Positions 1 to 8,636 are shown, counted from the stretch's first letter. The stretch is DNA of 64,000 bases from a virus (IMGVR_UViG_3300038321_000157:7929-71928); one strand, 5' to 3'. Notes: generated by a model not told the origin, from the sequence alone. Translations and numbers: made by a program.

Positions 1-1
1 A

Positions 2-175
2 ATTAAAGAATGTAGAAGATTATTAAATCGTATTATGATTGAAGCAGTTCAAGATGAAAATTGGGATGGTGACAATTTTACTAGACCATTAAATGAAATT
101 GCAGAATTAGAAAGAGAAGAAAAGAAATTATTTTGGAATAAAATGCGTGACAATATTGATGGTTGGTGGGATTAG
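2..175 (+). CDS. 3' end of hypothetical protein (ends ...NIDGWWD), truncated by window start
   Basis: Open frame from base 2 to TAG at 173-175. Confidence 0.7.
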   Translation: MKECRRLLNRIMIEAVQDENWDGDNFTRPLNEIAELEREEKKLFWNKMRDNIDGWWD

Positions 176-220
176 AGTAAAATCTAATTTTCATTTTAAA
201 AATAATTGGAGGTGTATATA

Positions 221-589
221 ATGTGTATGGCAACAATATTATCATTTAACTTACTTGAAACAGTGACTACAATAAGAAAAACAAGTAAAGATTTAAACGA
301 ACAATTATCTACCATAGATAAAACTATTTGTGATTTAGAACACGAAATTATGCTTAATAAATTTGATGTATGCAGAGGATATAAGAAATTCAAACAGCTT
401 CAAGATGCTCTGATAGAAAGACGTCAGATCAAAGACGAATGGGAGTTAATTCAACCTTTAATTGCTTATACTGGAACTATAGAAAAGAAAGTAAATGAAT
501 TACATAATACAATTAATGAAAGAGAAAGTAAATATGAGAATAGAAAATATACACCAAGAGTTTTGAAAGGAGAATTAAATGCTAGTTGA
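221..589 (+). CDS. Hypothetical coiled-coil protein
   Basis: ORF track 206..589; start moved to ATG 221 after GGAGGT at 208-213. Confidence 0.7.
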   Translation: MCMATILSFNLLETVTTIRKTSKDLNEQLSTIDKTICDLEHEIMLNKFDVCRGYKKFKQLQDALIERRQIKDEWELIQPLIAYTGTIEKKVNELHNTINERESKYENRKYTPRVLKGELNAS

Positions 590-1185
590 TTGAAACCTGG
601 ATTTTAGTATTTTTATATAGTTGGAAGAAAAAATTAAACATTAAATTAATCTTTTATGATTGGCCTATATATTTCCCGCTGATTTGTTTAATAGGATACA
701 TAGTTTTTGAAGTAATGATATTTAATGACCAATACTGGATTACACAATATGGAACTATTATTAAACCAGTAACTTTGCTTAGTTATTTTGGATTGATGTA
801 CAAATATAATCTTTATTATTCGCAGAATAAAAGTAAAAGTGAATTAGTAAGGTTTTTAATTTCTCCTTTTATAATAGGAATTATTTTCTTGGTTTTAGGT
901 TACATTTTCAACGGAATAGCGATTTTAAGCAACAATGGCCACATGCCGGTATTTCCCTCTTATACATATTTTACAAATTATACGGATATATCTAGTTTTA
1001 CTGAAGATAGTTTTTATATCTTAGGGGATCATACAAGTAAAGCGATTTGGGCTTGCGATTGTATAGACATTTTTTATTCCAATTTAAGTTTGGGTGATGT
1101 ATTCGTAAGAATATATGTTGCAATTTTGATTTATTTTTCGATAAAAAGAGTGAACGAAAAACATAAAATAAATATAAATGTGTAG
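586..1185 (+). CDS. DUF5317-like membrane protein
   Basis: Several hydrophobic segments; 'NGIAILSNNGHMPV' and 'LSLGDVFV' match the family pattern as recalled. Confidence 0.65.
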   Translation: MIETWILVFLYSWKKKLNIKLIFYDWPIYFPLICLIGYIVFEVMIFNDQYWITQYGTIIKPVTLLSYFGLMYKYNLYYSQNKSKSELVRFLISPFIIGIIFLVLGYIFNGIAILSNNGHMPVFPSYTYFTNYTDISSFTEDSFYILGDHTSKAIWACDCIDIFYSNLSLGDVFVRIYVAILIYFSIKRVNEKHKININV

Positions 1186-1205
1186 ACAAACAGCAATAAT
1201 TCTGC

Positions 1206-1235
1206 TAATATGTAATTAGAAAATATTACATATTA
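1206..1235. promoter_or_regulatory. Perfect 11-bp inverted repeat directly before the RBS of the receptor-agrD operon (candidate operator or hairpin)
   Basis: TAATATGTAAT (1206-1216), 8-nt spacer, ATTACATATTA (1225-1235); RBS AAGGAG follows at once. Confidence 0.5.
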
Positions 1236-1250
1236 AGGAGTTGTTGGGAA

Positions 1251-2051
1251 ATGCATAGTGATATATTTAATGCAGTAATGAATACCATATTCGTAAGTAT
1301 TCCAGAAAGTGTTTTATGGATTTTATTCGTATTTTTTCTCATGAAACGGAATGATTTATTGGATGTTTATAGATGGCAATATAATTTGAAACAAATTATG
1401 ATTGCGGCAATTCCAGTATCTATAAGTATAAATGTAATGAGATATATTCTACACGTAAATAATTTAATAAATTTTATTATTATAGAAATAATGATGATTA
1501 TATTAATTGTTTACATAATTAAAAAAAATAATTTTTTAAATGAAAAGATTAGTTATTTAAAAATAGTAATTTATGTAATGCTTGCGGATTTTATTATGAT
1601 TTTTACCACAGAAGGATTATTAGGTTTAATTATAATTCAAATGTTGCATATGAGTATAGATGTAATTAATAATAATATTGGATTAAATATAACTTTATCA
1701 CTTATACCAAGGACGGTACAAATTTTATTAATTAGTTTATGTATATATAAACAAAACGTTGGTAAAATGATTAATTATGTTGAATTAATTTTAAGAAATA
1801 AGATATTGTCAATATCAATGAGTGTGTTTTTAATAACAGTGATAATATCAAATTTTATTTTGCAAAGATTTGTTATGGCAACAAATTATTTAGATCATTA
1901 TATTATGTCAATTAAAATTGCTCTAATAGTATTAATGATAATAATCCCAATAATTATGATCGGGAGTTATATTTTTTCGATCTATAATCTTTTGTGGATT
2001 AATATAAAAACACAAAAAGAGAAAGATAATATGTTGAATGACATATATTAA
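1251..2051 (+). CDS. Polytopic membrane protein (about 7 TM) resembling an AgrC-type sensor domain, with no kinase domain
   Basis: 266 aa, hydrophobic almost throughout; no H-box or N/G1/G2 boxes; stop codon abuts the agrD RBS. Confidence 0.55.
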   Translation: MHSDIFNAVMNTIFVSIPESVLWILFVFFLMKRNDLLDVYRWQYNLKQIMIAAIPVSISINVMRYILHVNNLINFIIIEIMMIILIVYIIKKNNFLNEKISYLKIVIYVMLADFIMIFTTEGLLGLIIIQMLHMSIDVINNNIGLNITLSLIPRTVQILLISLCIYKQNVGKMINYVELILRNKILSISMSVFLITVIISNFILQRFVMATNYLDHYIMSIKIALIVLMIIIPIIMIGSYIFSIYNLLWINIKTQKEKDNMLNDIY

Positions 2052-2064
2052 AGGAGGTGAAATT

Positions 2065-2184
2065 TTGAAAAAATATCGTTTAATTGCAGGTTTAATAGGC
2101 ATCATAGCTATTGTTGGTGCTGGCATGGTGGCATCTCATACCCTATTCAACGAACCCCGCATCCCCTCCATGCTTTCTAAGTAA
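2065..2184 (+). CDS. agrD: AgrD-like cyclic lactone autoinducer propeptide MKKYRLIAGLIGIIAIVGAGMVASHTLFNEPRIPSMLSK (39 aa; not in ORF track)
   Basis: RBS AAGGAGGTGA then TTG; basic/hydrophobic leader, S-x-x-L-F core, x-E-P-x-x-P-x-x-L tail as in clostridial AgrD; AgrB lies 1.4 kb downstream. Confidence 0.85.
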   Translation: MKKYRLIAGLIGIIAIVGAGMVASHTLFNEPRIPSMLSK

Positions 2185-2210
2185 TTAAAATACCCTATCA
2201 ATACTCTAAA

Positions 2211-2248
2211 TTCTGTGCAGATTAATTTTTTAACTCTTCTGCACAGAA
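2211..2248 (+). terminator. 11-bp stem-loop after agrD (likely terminator)
   Basis: TTCTGTGCAGA (2211-2221) / TCTGCACAGAA (2238-2248). Confidence 0.55.
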
Positions 2249-2278
2249 TAATAATATAAAAATATCACCAAAAAACTA

Positions 2279-2307
2279 TTGCAATATTTTCCAGTAAATG
2301 ATACAAT
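2279..2307 (+). promoter_or_regulatory. Sigma-A-type promoter for the mazF-fusion/agrB operon
   Basis: TTGCAA-17 nt-TACAAT with extended TG. Confidence 0.7.
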
Positions 2308-2345
2308 GAAAATGTAAAATAAATAATATAGAAGGAGTGATTTAA

Positions 2346-3230
2346 ATGACAATGGCAATGAATATTTTGAATGAAGTGGAATTTAAAAAGAATATGGAAA
2401 ATGCAAAAACAGAATTATCAATTGCGCTAAAAATAGCAATTGGTCATCGTTCTGTTTCTCAGTTTGCAAGAGATTGTAGAATAGTAGATGTAACATTAAT
2501 CAATGATATTTTAAAAAGAAAGATTAATGTGTTACCTGAAAGAGATTTTTTAAGAATTGTTGAAAGAACCAGTGAAGGAAGGGTAACTTATACATATCTA
2601 TGTGAGATATGTGGTTACACCAAATGTGATCCTAATGAAGATAGGAGTTGGGCAAATTATCATCCAGAGCGTGGAAGTATTTATATGGCTGATTTAGGAT
2701 TGAATAACATGGATTCTGAACAAGAAGGGGTTAGACCTTGCCTTATTATTTCAAATAACATGGGGAATAAACATAGTAGTATAATAACAATTGCACCATT
2801 AACTTCAAAAAGGAAACATAGGTTGCCTGTCCATGTTGATTTAACAGTTCAGGATGGTATGAGACAGAATTCCATTATATGTTTAGAGCAGACTAGAGTG
2901 GTTTCTAAACGTAGGTTATTTTACAATGGTACACCCATGAAGATATTGAAATTAACTGAAGAAAAAATAAATGAAGTTAATATAGCTATTGAAAAGCAAT
3001 TCGGGATTATTGATTTAATGTATAATCCAGATCATGCATTTGAATTGGTAGGACAGATCGAAACACTTGAACATAATATAAAAACGAAAAAAATTAAACC
3101 TTCCTTCTTATCTGAATTGCTTAATGGTAAACGTAAGGAATTAGTTACGTATTGTAAGAAATATAATAGGAACGAAAAGACGATTATTAATAATTACACA
3201 GGGACAAGAGATTTTGTGCCTGTAAATTAG
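2346..3230 (+). CDS. mazF: N-terminal HTH-like domain fused to a PemK/MazF endoribonuclease, with a C-terminal helical extension
   Basis: RGSIYMADL..SEQEGVRPCLIISNNMGN..IAPLTS..LPVHV..SIICLEQTRVVSKRRL aligns by eye with B. subtilis EndoA, catalytic Arg (VRP) and Thr (LTS) kept; N-terminal 'AIGHRSVSQFARDC' is XRE-like. Confidence 0.85.
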   Translation: MTMAMNILNEVEFKKNMENAKTELSIALKIAIGHRSVSQFARDCRIVDVTLINDILKRKINVLPERDFLRIVERTSEGRVTYTYLCEICGYTKCDPNEDRSWANYHPERGSIYMADLGLNNMDSEQEGVRPCLIISNNMGNKHSSIITIAPLTSKRKHRLPVHVDLTVQDGMRQNSIICLEQTRVVSKRRLFYNGTPMKILKLTEEKINEVNIAIEKQFGIIDLMYNPDHAFELVGQIETLEHNIKTKKIKPSFLSELLNGKRKELVTYCKKYNRNEKTIINNYTGTRDFVPVN

Positions 3231-3244
3231 GAGGTTGATAATAA

Positions 3245-3544
3245 ATGATTGATGAGTTAGAAATTAAAAGTTTTGATGCTAGGTTTGGAACCAGATCAAA
3301 AGTGTTTCAATGCACTAATACGATTGTTATAGAAACACCTTTAGACAGTTGGATTGTAAAAGTTACGAACAGACAAACCAGACCACTATGTTTATTGCAT
3401 AAGAACAAATTTGGAAGAATAAATAAATACCACATTCAATCTTGGAAGACAAAAATGTTTCATGTCTATGATTCTATTTACAAACATAAAGGGATGCATC
3501 TTGTAGGTGCACCCAATACATATAAAGGTAGTCAAATAAAATGA
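3245..3544 (+). CDS. Hypothetical protein translationally coupled to agrB
   Basis: GGAGG RBS; ATGA overlap with agrB. Confidence 0.7.
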   Translation: MIDELEIKSFDARFGTRSKVFQCTNTIVIETPLDSWIVKVTNRQTRPLCLLHKNKFGRINKYHIQSWKTKMFHVYDSIYKHKGMHLVGAPNTYKGSQIK

Positions 3545-4134
3545 AAAAATATTTTCGGTACTTATACACCTTAAAATACATTAAATTACTCGCATATATG
3601 TCAGCAAGATCATTACAATTATCACGTAACGAGTCTCATAAACACAAATATATGTATTATTATGGATTTAATATTTTATATGGAGCAATTAATAAAGGAA
3701 CACTCCTTATACTGGCAGGATTATTATTCCATGCGTTACCCCAAATCCTTGTTACTACACTTGCGTTTATGTCACTTAGGGGTTTTATAGGGGGATTACA
3801 TTTTGATTCATATACAAAATGTGCCTGGATTTCATTGTTATGTTTGGTTTCAATAGGGTTATTAGCAAAATATATTCCTTACAATAATATTATAAATTTA
3901 TGTGTGTTTATTTATCTGTTAGTTATTGCTTTCATTTATGCACCAGTTGAACATAAAAATAGACCACTAACAGATAAGAAAAAAATAACTTTTAAATATG
4001 TATCCATTGTAATAATTTTTGCACTATATAGTGCTCAGGCCATAGTTAATAACGATAATATTAGTAATTGCATCATGTACGGTGTTTTATTATCGGGCAT
4101 TATCGCATTGCCAATATTTAAGAAAGTCAAATAA
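3541..4134 (+). CDS. agrB: Accessory gene regulator B-type membrane peptidase/cyclase
   Basis: YGFNIL, LRGFIGGLH..S..KC (catalytic His and Cys), IYAPVEHKNRPL; multi-TM. Confidence 0.9.
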   Translation: MKKYFRYLYTLKYIKLLAYMSARSLQLSRNESHKHKYMYYYGFNILYGAINKGTLLILAGLLFHALPQILVTTLAFMSLRGFIGGLHFDSYTKCAWISLLCLVSIGLLAKYIPYNNIINLCVFIYLLVIAFIYAPVEHKNRPLTDKKKITFKYVSIVIIFALYSAQAIVNNDNISNCIMYGVLLSGIIALPIFKKVK

Positions 4135-4237
4135 TGTCGTAAATTGTCTATAAGTTTAAATTGTAAAATCGAAATAATAGTTTTAAAATAAATTTATGGT
4201 TAATTTTGTTTATAATGTTTTAATTAAAAAATTTTAG

Positions 4238-4266
4238 TTGTATTTATTTGCCACAATGGTTATAAT
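4238..4266 (+). promoter_or_regulatory. Sigma-A-type promoter
   Basis: TTGTAT-17 nt-TATAAT. Confidence 0.55.
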
Positions 4267-4338
4267 AAACAGAACAGTTGTTCTATATTAACGATGGAGT
4301 GATGTTAGAGGAATAGTGTAAAGGAGGCTTTATAATTA

Positions 4339-4566
4339 ATGTCAAATTCAAATCAAATGGTATGGGTTATTCGAAATAGGGATGGGTATTTTGTTAATGC
4401 AGACTTCAGAGCGTTATTTAATGGAAGAACAACAGGATTTGTTGGATATACAAATAAGGATAGGATGCAAAAGGATTTAGATAAGTTAGGTGAATTAGGT
4501 GAAGGGTATTATAGCGAACAGGTTTGTTTGAATGAGATTCCTAAAGGGGTAAGGATATATACATAA
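4339..4566 (+). CDS. Hypothetical protein
   Basis: ORF with AGGAGG RBS. Confidence 0.65.
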   Translation: MSNSNQMVWVIRNRDGYFVNADFRALFNGRTTGFVGYTNKDRMQKDLDKLGELGEGYYSEQVCLNEIPKGVRIYT

Positions 4567-4638
4567 AGGATATTTTAATCTGTAATATTAAATAAATAAA
4601 ATATAAAATAACAAATAGAAAGGAGAAGGAATTGTTTA

Positions 4639-5379
4639 TTGGGTAGAAAAATAATAGATTTAACGGGAATGAATTTTGAGAAATTAACAGTAATAAAAAG
4701 AGCAGAAGATTATATTTCTCCAAATGGGAAAACACAAACACAATGGTTATGTGAATGTAGTTGTAAAGATAAAAATAAAATTATTGTAACAATGGGACAT
4801 TTAACTTCTGGAAAAACTAAATCATGTGGGTGTTTAAGAAAAGAAAATATGAGTAAATTATTTAAGAAATATAACACATATGATTTAACTGGAGAATATG
4901 GAGTAGGTTATACATTAAAAAATGAACCATTTTATTTTGATTTAGAAGATTATGATTTAATTAAGGATTATTGCTGGAGTTTAGATAAAAATAAATATGT
5001 TATAACAACTTTAAACAAAGAAAAAGAAAAAACTACTTTACTTATGCATCGTTTAATCACAAATTGTTCTAATGATATGGATGTAGACCATAAATTTCAT
5101 GATCATTGGGATAATAGGAAAGAGTTTTTAAGGATAGCAACAAGAAGTCAAAATGGTATGAATAGTGGTTTACAATCTAATAATACTAGTGGTGTAACAG
5201 GAGTATATTGGAACTCGAAAAATGAAAAATGGAGAGCACAAATAACAATAAATAATAATAAAATACAATTAGGGTCTTTTGATAATTTTGAAGAAGCTGT
5301 TGAAATTCGTAAACAAGCTGAAATAGAATATTTTGGTGAATATCAATATAAAAACATTAAATCATCTGGGAAAAAATAA
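4639..5379 (+). CDS. HNH-AP2 homing endonuclease with N-terminal Cys module
   Basis: DLTG..WLCECSC..SCGC; MHRLI..VDH..DNRKEFLR; AP2 signature SGVTGVYW..KWRAQI..LGSFD..EA. Confidence 0.85.
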   Translation: MGRKIIDLTGMNFEKLTVIKRAEDYISPNGKTQTQWLCECSCKDKNKIIVTMGHLTSGKTKSCGCLRKENMSKLFKKYNTYDLTGEYGVGYTLKNEPFYFDLEDYDLIKDYCWSLDKNKYVITTLNKEKEKTTLLMHRLITNCSNDMDVDHKFHDHWDNRKEFLRIATRSQNGMNSGLQSNNTSGVTGVYWNSKNEKWRAQITINNNKIQLGSFDNFEEAVEIRKQAEIEYFGEYQYKNIKSSGKK

Positions 5380-5418
5380 ATTAAATCACTAAAATAAAAT
5401 TAACACATGTATATTTGC

Positions 5419-5448
5419 TTGACATTTTGTATATACTGGTAATATAAT
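5419..5448 (+). promoter_or_regulatory. Sigma-A-type promoter for the DGQHR/repressor operon
   Basis: TTGACA-18 nt-TATAAT. Confidence 0.55.
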
Positions 5449-5470
5449 TACATATGAAAGTATATAGGGG

Positions 5471-6799
5471 GTGTCAATAATGGTTGGAAACAAAGAAGAA
5501 CAATTAAAAAATAAACTAAAAAATGTTATCCGTGAATTTGGGTATGACAATAGTACAAAGCAGTTTGTAATGGATGAATTTAAATTACGTAATTTATCAT
5601 CCTTAAGAGCTGCTTGGGTTTTTTCTGAAAATCTTGATCTGGATACTCTAACAGAATCAGAAGATGATGCCCAATTTTTATATCTATTTTCTTTTGCTCT
5701 TAATAAAGCATTAAAAGAAAAAGATATAAATATTTTGAATGATTATCAGAGTTATTTTACCAGTGTTGAAATTAGTGAATGGGAAAATTATAAAGAAGAA
5801 AAAGAATCTGAAGATATTTTCCCTTATAATTTAAAAGATGTACAAGAAATTGTTCCTGGTCAACAATGGCAAACTAAACTTACTATACAACAATTTAATG
5901 AATTATATAATGTATTACTTTGGAATCCCAACTCACAAAGGGGATTTAAGGTAACGAAAAAAGCAATTAGAATTAATGAAAATCCTCTAAAGGTTAAAGA
6001 AATAGCAGAGAATATACTTGCAGGAACATATTATCCTGACCATATTAAAATTAATGTTGTAAAAGACGAAAATAAACCTATTTATAATCCTAAAACGAGA
6101 ATGTTAACTTTAAGGGAAGGGACAAAACTTAATATTTGGGACGGTCAACATCGAAAATCTGCAAGTGCATTAGTCTTGGTAGAAAATCCCGATATAGATT
6201 TTACATGGCCTATAGATATCACAAATCTATCAGAGATTGAAACTCACAATGCGATGGTACAAATCAACAAACAAAGTCCAATTAAACTTGATGTTATATC
6301 TACTAAAGACTATTCCAAAAATGAAAATTTAGTGCTTGATAAGATTATGGATAGTCGTGGAGATTTAGCAAGCGCAACAAAAGATACAGATGCATTTGTA
6401 AAGTCAGATCGTGCTTTAACCACAAAACCTATCCTTGCCGAAGCTATTAAAGATAATTACGATAATTTAGATTCAGCTATGCAACGTGATGAAGTTGCTA
6501 AATGGATAGTTGAGTTTACAAACTACCTCATGGGTGTCTACTCAGATGAGTTTATTGTCAATCCTTATGAAGTAAAGAAAACTTCCTATATTAATAACCT
6601 AAATATGTTCTATGGATATATTGCTCTTTCCGCAATATTGAAAGATAATAAAAATTGGAAAGAAATTCTTAAACAAAAAATTAACTCAATTGATTTTTCC
6701 GTAGACAATCCTATGTGGCGAGAAATAGGGATTATCAAAGAAAACAAAATTGGTAAACCTACAAAGAATAAACTCTATAAACTTTTTATGGAGGTGTAA
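5471..6799 (+). CDS. DGQHR (DndB-like) domain protein, SPbeta YopQ-like
   Basis: IWDGQHR motif; lies directly upstream of the MrpR-like gene as in SPbeta. Confidence 0.75.
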   Translation: MSIMVGNKEEQLKNKLKNVIREFGYDNSTKQFVMDEFKLRNLSSLRAAWVFSENLDLDTLTESEDDAQFLYLFSFALNKALKEKDINILNDYQSYFTSVEISEWENYKEEKESEDIFPYNLKDVQEIVPGQQWQTKLTIQQFNELYNVLLWNPNSQRGFKVTKKAIRINENPLKVKEIAENILAGTYYPDHIKINVVKDENKPIYNPKTRMLTLREGTKLNIWDGQHRKSASALVLVENPDIDFTWPIDITNLSEIETHNAMVQINKQSPIKLDVISTKDYSKNENLVLDKIMDSRGDLASATKDTDAFVKSDRALTTKPILAEAIKDNYDNLDSAMQRDEVAKWIVEFTNYLMGVYSDEFIVNPYEVKKTSYINNLNMFYGYIALSAILKDNKNWKEILKQKINSIDFSVDNPMWREIGIIKENKIGKPTKNKLYKLFMEV

Positions 6800-6802
6800 A
6801 TA

Positions 6803-7837
6803 TTGATGATTGAATTTCAAATTGACTCTGAAATTAAGCAAGAATATTTACAAACAAAACCAACTGCAACCGCAGAATCAGATGCTTTTATACTTCGTGA
6901 TTTTGATAATTATGAAGTACAGGTTGGTAAACAAGTTTACAATCTTAACATTTCTGAATTAAATGAAATGTTTGCTACATTGCGTAATTCTTCTAAACGC
7001 ACAGCACAAAAAAATAAATCAATATTAACCAACTACATTGATTTCTGTGTTGCAAAGAAAATTGTTCCCCATATGGAAAACAGAGCAAAATATATTGATG
7101 TTGAAAAATTTGTGTCTCGACAAGCACTATTGAACAAATTTATTTCAAAAGAAAAAGTAAGAGAATATGTAAATCTCTTATATAATTCACAAGACCAATT
7201 ACTCTTATGGTTGTTATTTATAGGAGTAAGGGGTAGAACTACTGAAGATGGCACTATGGAAGAGGTTATAAATTTAACAATAGATGATGTTAATTTTAAA
7301 GAAAATATGCTTACTCTTAGACAGAATGATGGTAAATTCCGTTTATTAGATGATGTACCTGACCACATTATAGATTTAATTAGAGAGACATACGAGCAAG
7401 AATATTATATCGAGAATAATGGTGAGATGACTAATAATCCTAGAGTGCCTAACCCTAGAAAAAGTATTATTAACAAAACTGGTGAATCAAAAACAAGAGA
7501 AACAATAGATAGATATATTTTTAGAATACCAGGAAAGAGTAAATTTGAAAAATTTAGTCCTGCTTTGCTTAACTCACGGATGATTAAAATTCAAAAGGTC
7601 GTTGACAACCGATACGTAACCTGGAGCAGTTTGTATTTTTCAGGTATGTTGCAATCGTGTATAGATATTTACAAAGAGAAGGGTGAAATCACTGATAGAG
7701 ATTTTGATAACATCTGTCTTAGATATAATTACGGAGTATCAGAAGAACCAATTGGTAAGTTAAATATTAAACAAAGTGCATATTGGTTCGTTTTAAAAGA
7801 TTTGTTTTTGCAATACAAGGAGTTACTACAATTATGA
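6803..7837 (+). CDS. MrpR/YopR-like master repressor (tyrosine-recombinase fold with degenerate catalytic motif)
   Basis: SAM-like N-terminus; 'QDQLLLWLLFIGVRG..EEVINLTIDDV' recombinase box I; box II reads 'TWSSLYFSG' with no H-x-x-R. Confidence 0.75.
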   Translation: MMIEFQIDSEIKQEYLQTKPTATAESDAFILRDFDNYEVQVGKQVYNLNISELNEMFATLRNSSKRTAQKNKSILTNYIDFCVAKKIVPHMENRAKYIDVEKFVSRQALLNKFISKEKVREYVNLLYNSQDQLLLWLLFIGVRGRTTEDGTMEEVINLTIDDVNFKENMLTLRQNDGKFRLLDDVPDHIIDLIRETYEQEYYIENNGEMTNNPRVPNPRKSIINKTGESKTRETIDRYIFRIPGKSKFEKFSPALLNSRMIKIQKVVDNRYVTWSSLYFSGMLQSCIDIYKEKGEITDRDFDNICLRYNYGVSEEPIGKLNIKQSAYWFVLKDLFLQYKELLQL

Positions 7838-8223
7838 TCTTAGAAACAATGTGGCAAAGATATAAAATACTAATATATCTAAAAAGTGAATTAGTGAAGA
7901 AAGGGTATAATTTTAAATCCCTTACTTATATCAATTCACAGATTGAATTATTAAATATATTAATCAAAGAAGAAAGTTTTAATCAATTAGAACAAATACT
8001 CCGCAAAACGAATTATAGACTTCTTAAACAAATAGAAAAAGGTGAGGAAAATTTAGTGAGTATTGTTAATCATCCTGAACAATGGAGATTATGTAAAATT
8101 GATGAACATTGTAATGAATGGTTAAATAATAACTCACTTATTTTTTCCACAGAACGAGGAGAATTTTTAGCATTTACTCAAAGTGAGTATGGACAACAAT
8201 ATATTAATAATAAATGGCAGTAA
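7834..8223 (+). CDS. Hypothetical protein
   Basis: ORF track 7783..8223; ATG 7834 overlaps the previous stop (ATGA). Confidence 0.65.
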   Translation: MILETMWQRYKILIYLKSELVKKGYNFKSLTYINSQIELLNILIKEESFNQLEQILRKTNYRLLKQIEKGEENLVSIVNHPEQWRLCKIDEHCNEWLNNNSLIFSTERGEFLAFTQSEYGQQYINNKWQ

Positions 8224-8240
8224 AGAAAGGATTGATATAA

Positions 8241-8636
8241 ATGAATATAGGTCAAAAAATCAATCAATTATTTGAACGATCTGGATATAAAAACTATGCT
8301 GATTGGGGTAAGGCAATGGGGTTGCCTGGAGATTGGTTACTTGATCTTAAAAAGAAAGATACTATAAAGACTGTAGATATTACACGTTTAATAACTATTG
8401 CTGAATATAATCAAATTACTCTTGATGAACTATTAAAAGACAATAATGATAATTATATCCTTGACATTAATAGCGGCATGGAAGATAATGACATATATAA
8501 GCTATTAGGTCAAATTCAAACGCAATTAGAAGAAAATGAAGTAAAATTTAATGGTTTTATAATGAATAAGGAAAGTAAAGAAATAACTTATGATGTAATA
8601 GACGTATTAAAAGGATTGATTGGTAATAATTTATAA
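8241..8636 (+). CDS. XRE-family HTH regulator (YopS-like position)
   Basis: MNIGQKINQL..NYADWGKAMGL..ITRLITIAEYNQITLDELL. Confidence 0.7.
   Translation: MNIGQKINQLFERSGYKNYADWGKAMGLPGDWLLDLKKKDTIKTVDITRLITIAEYNQITLDELLKDNNDNYILDINSGMEDNDIYKLLGQIQTQLEENEVKFNGFIMNKESKEITYDVIDVLKGLIGNNL

Noticed and set aside
1251-2051. Full AgrC histidine kinase, possibly frameshifted
   Set aside because: Clean stop followed at once by the agrD SD; no kinase motifs noticed downstream.
5471-6799. DNA phosphorothioation (dnd) system
   Set aside because: No dndA/C/D/E or ssp genes; the context fits a phage lysogeny block.
6803-7837. A third active integrase
   Set aside because: The H-x-x-R box is replaced by W-S-S-L-Y; it is better read as a DNA-binding repressor.
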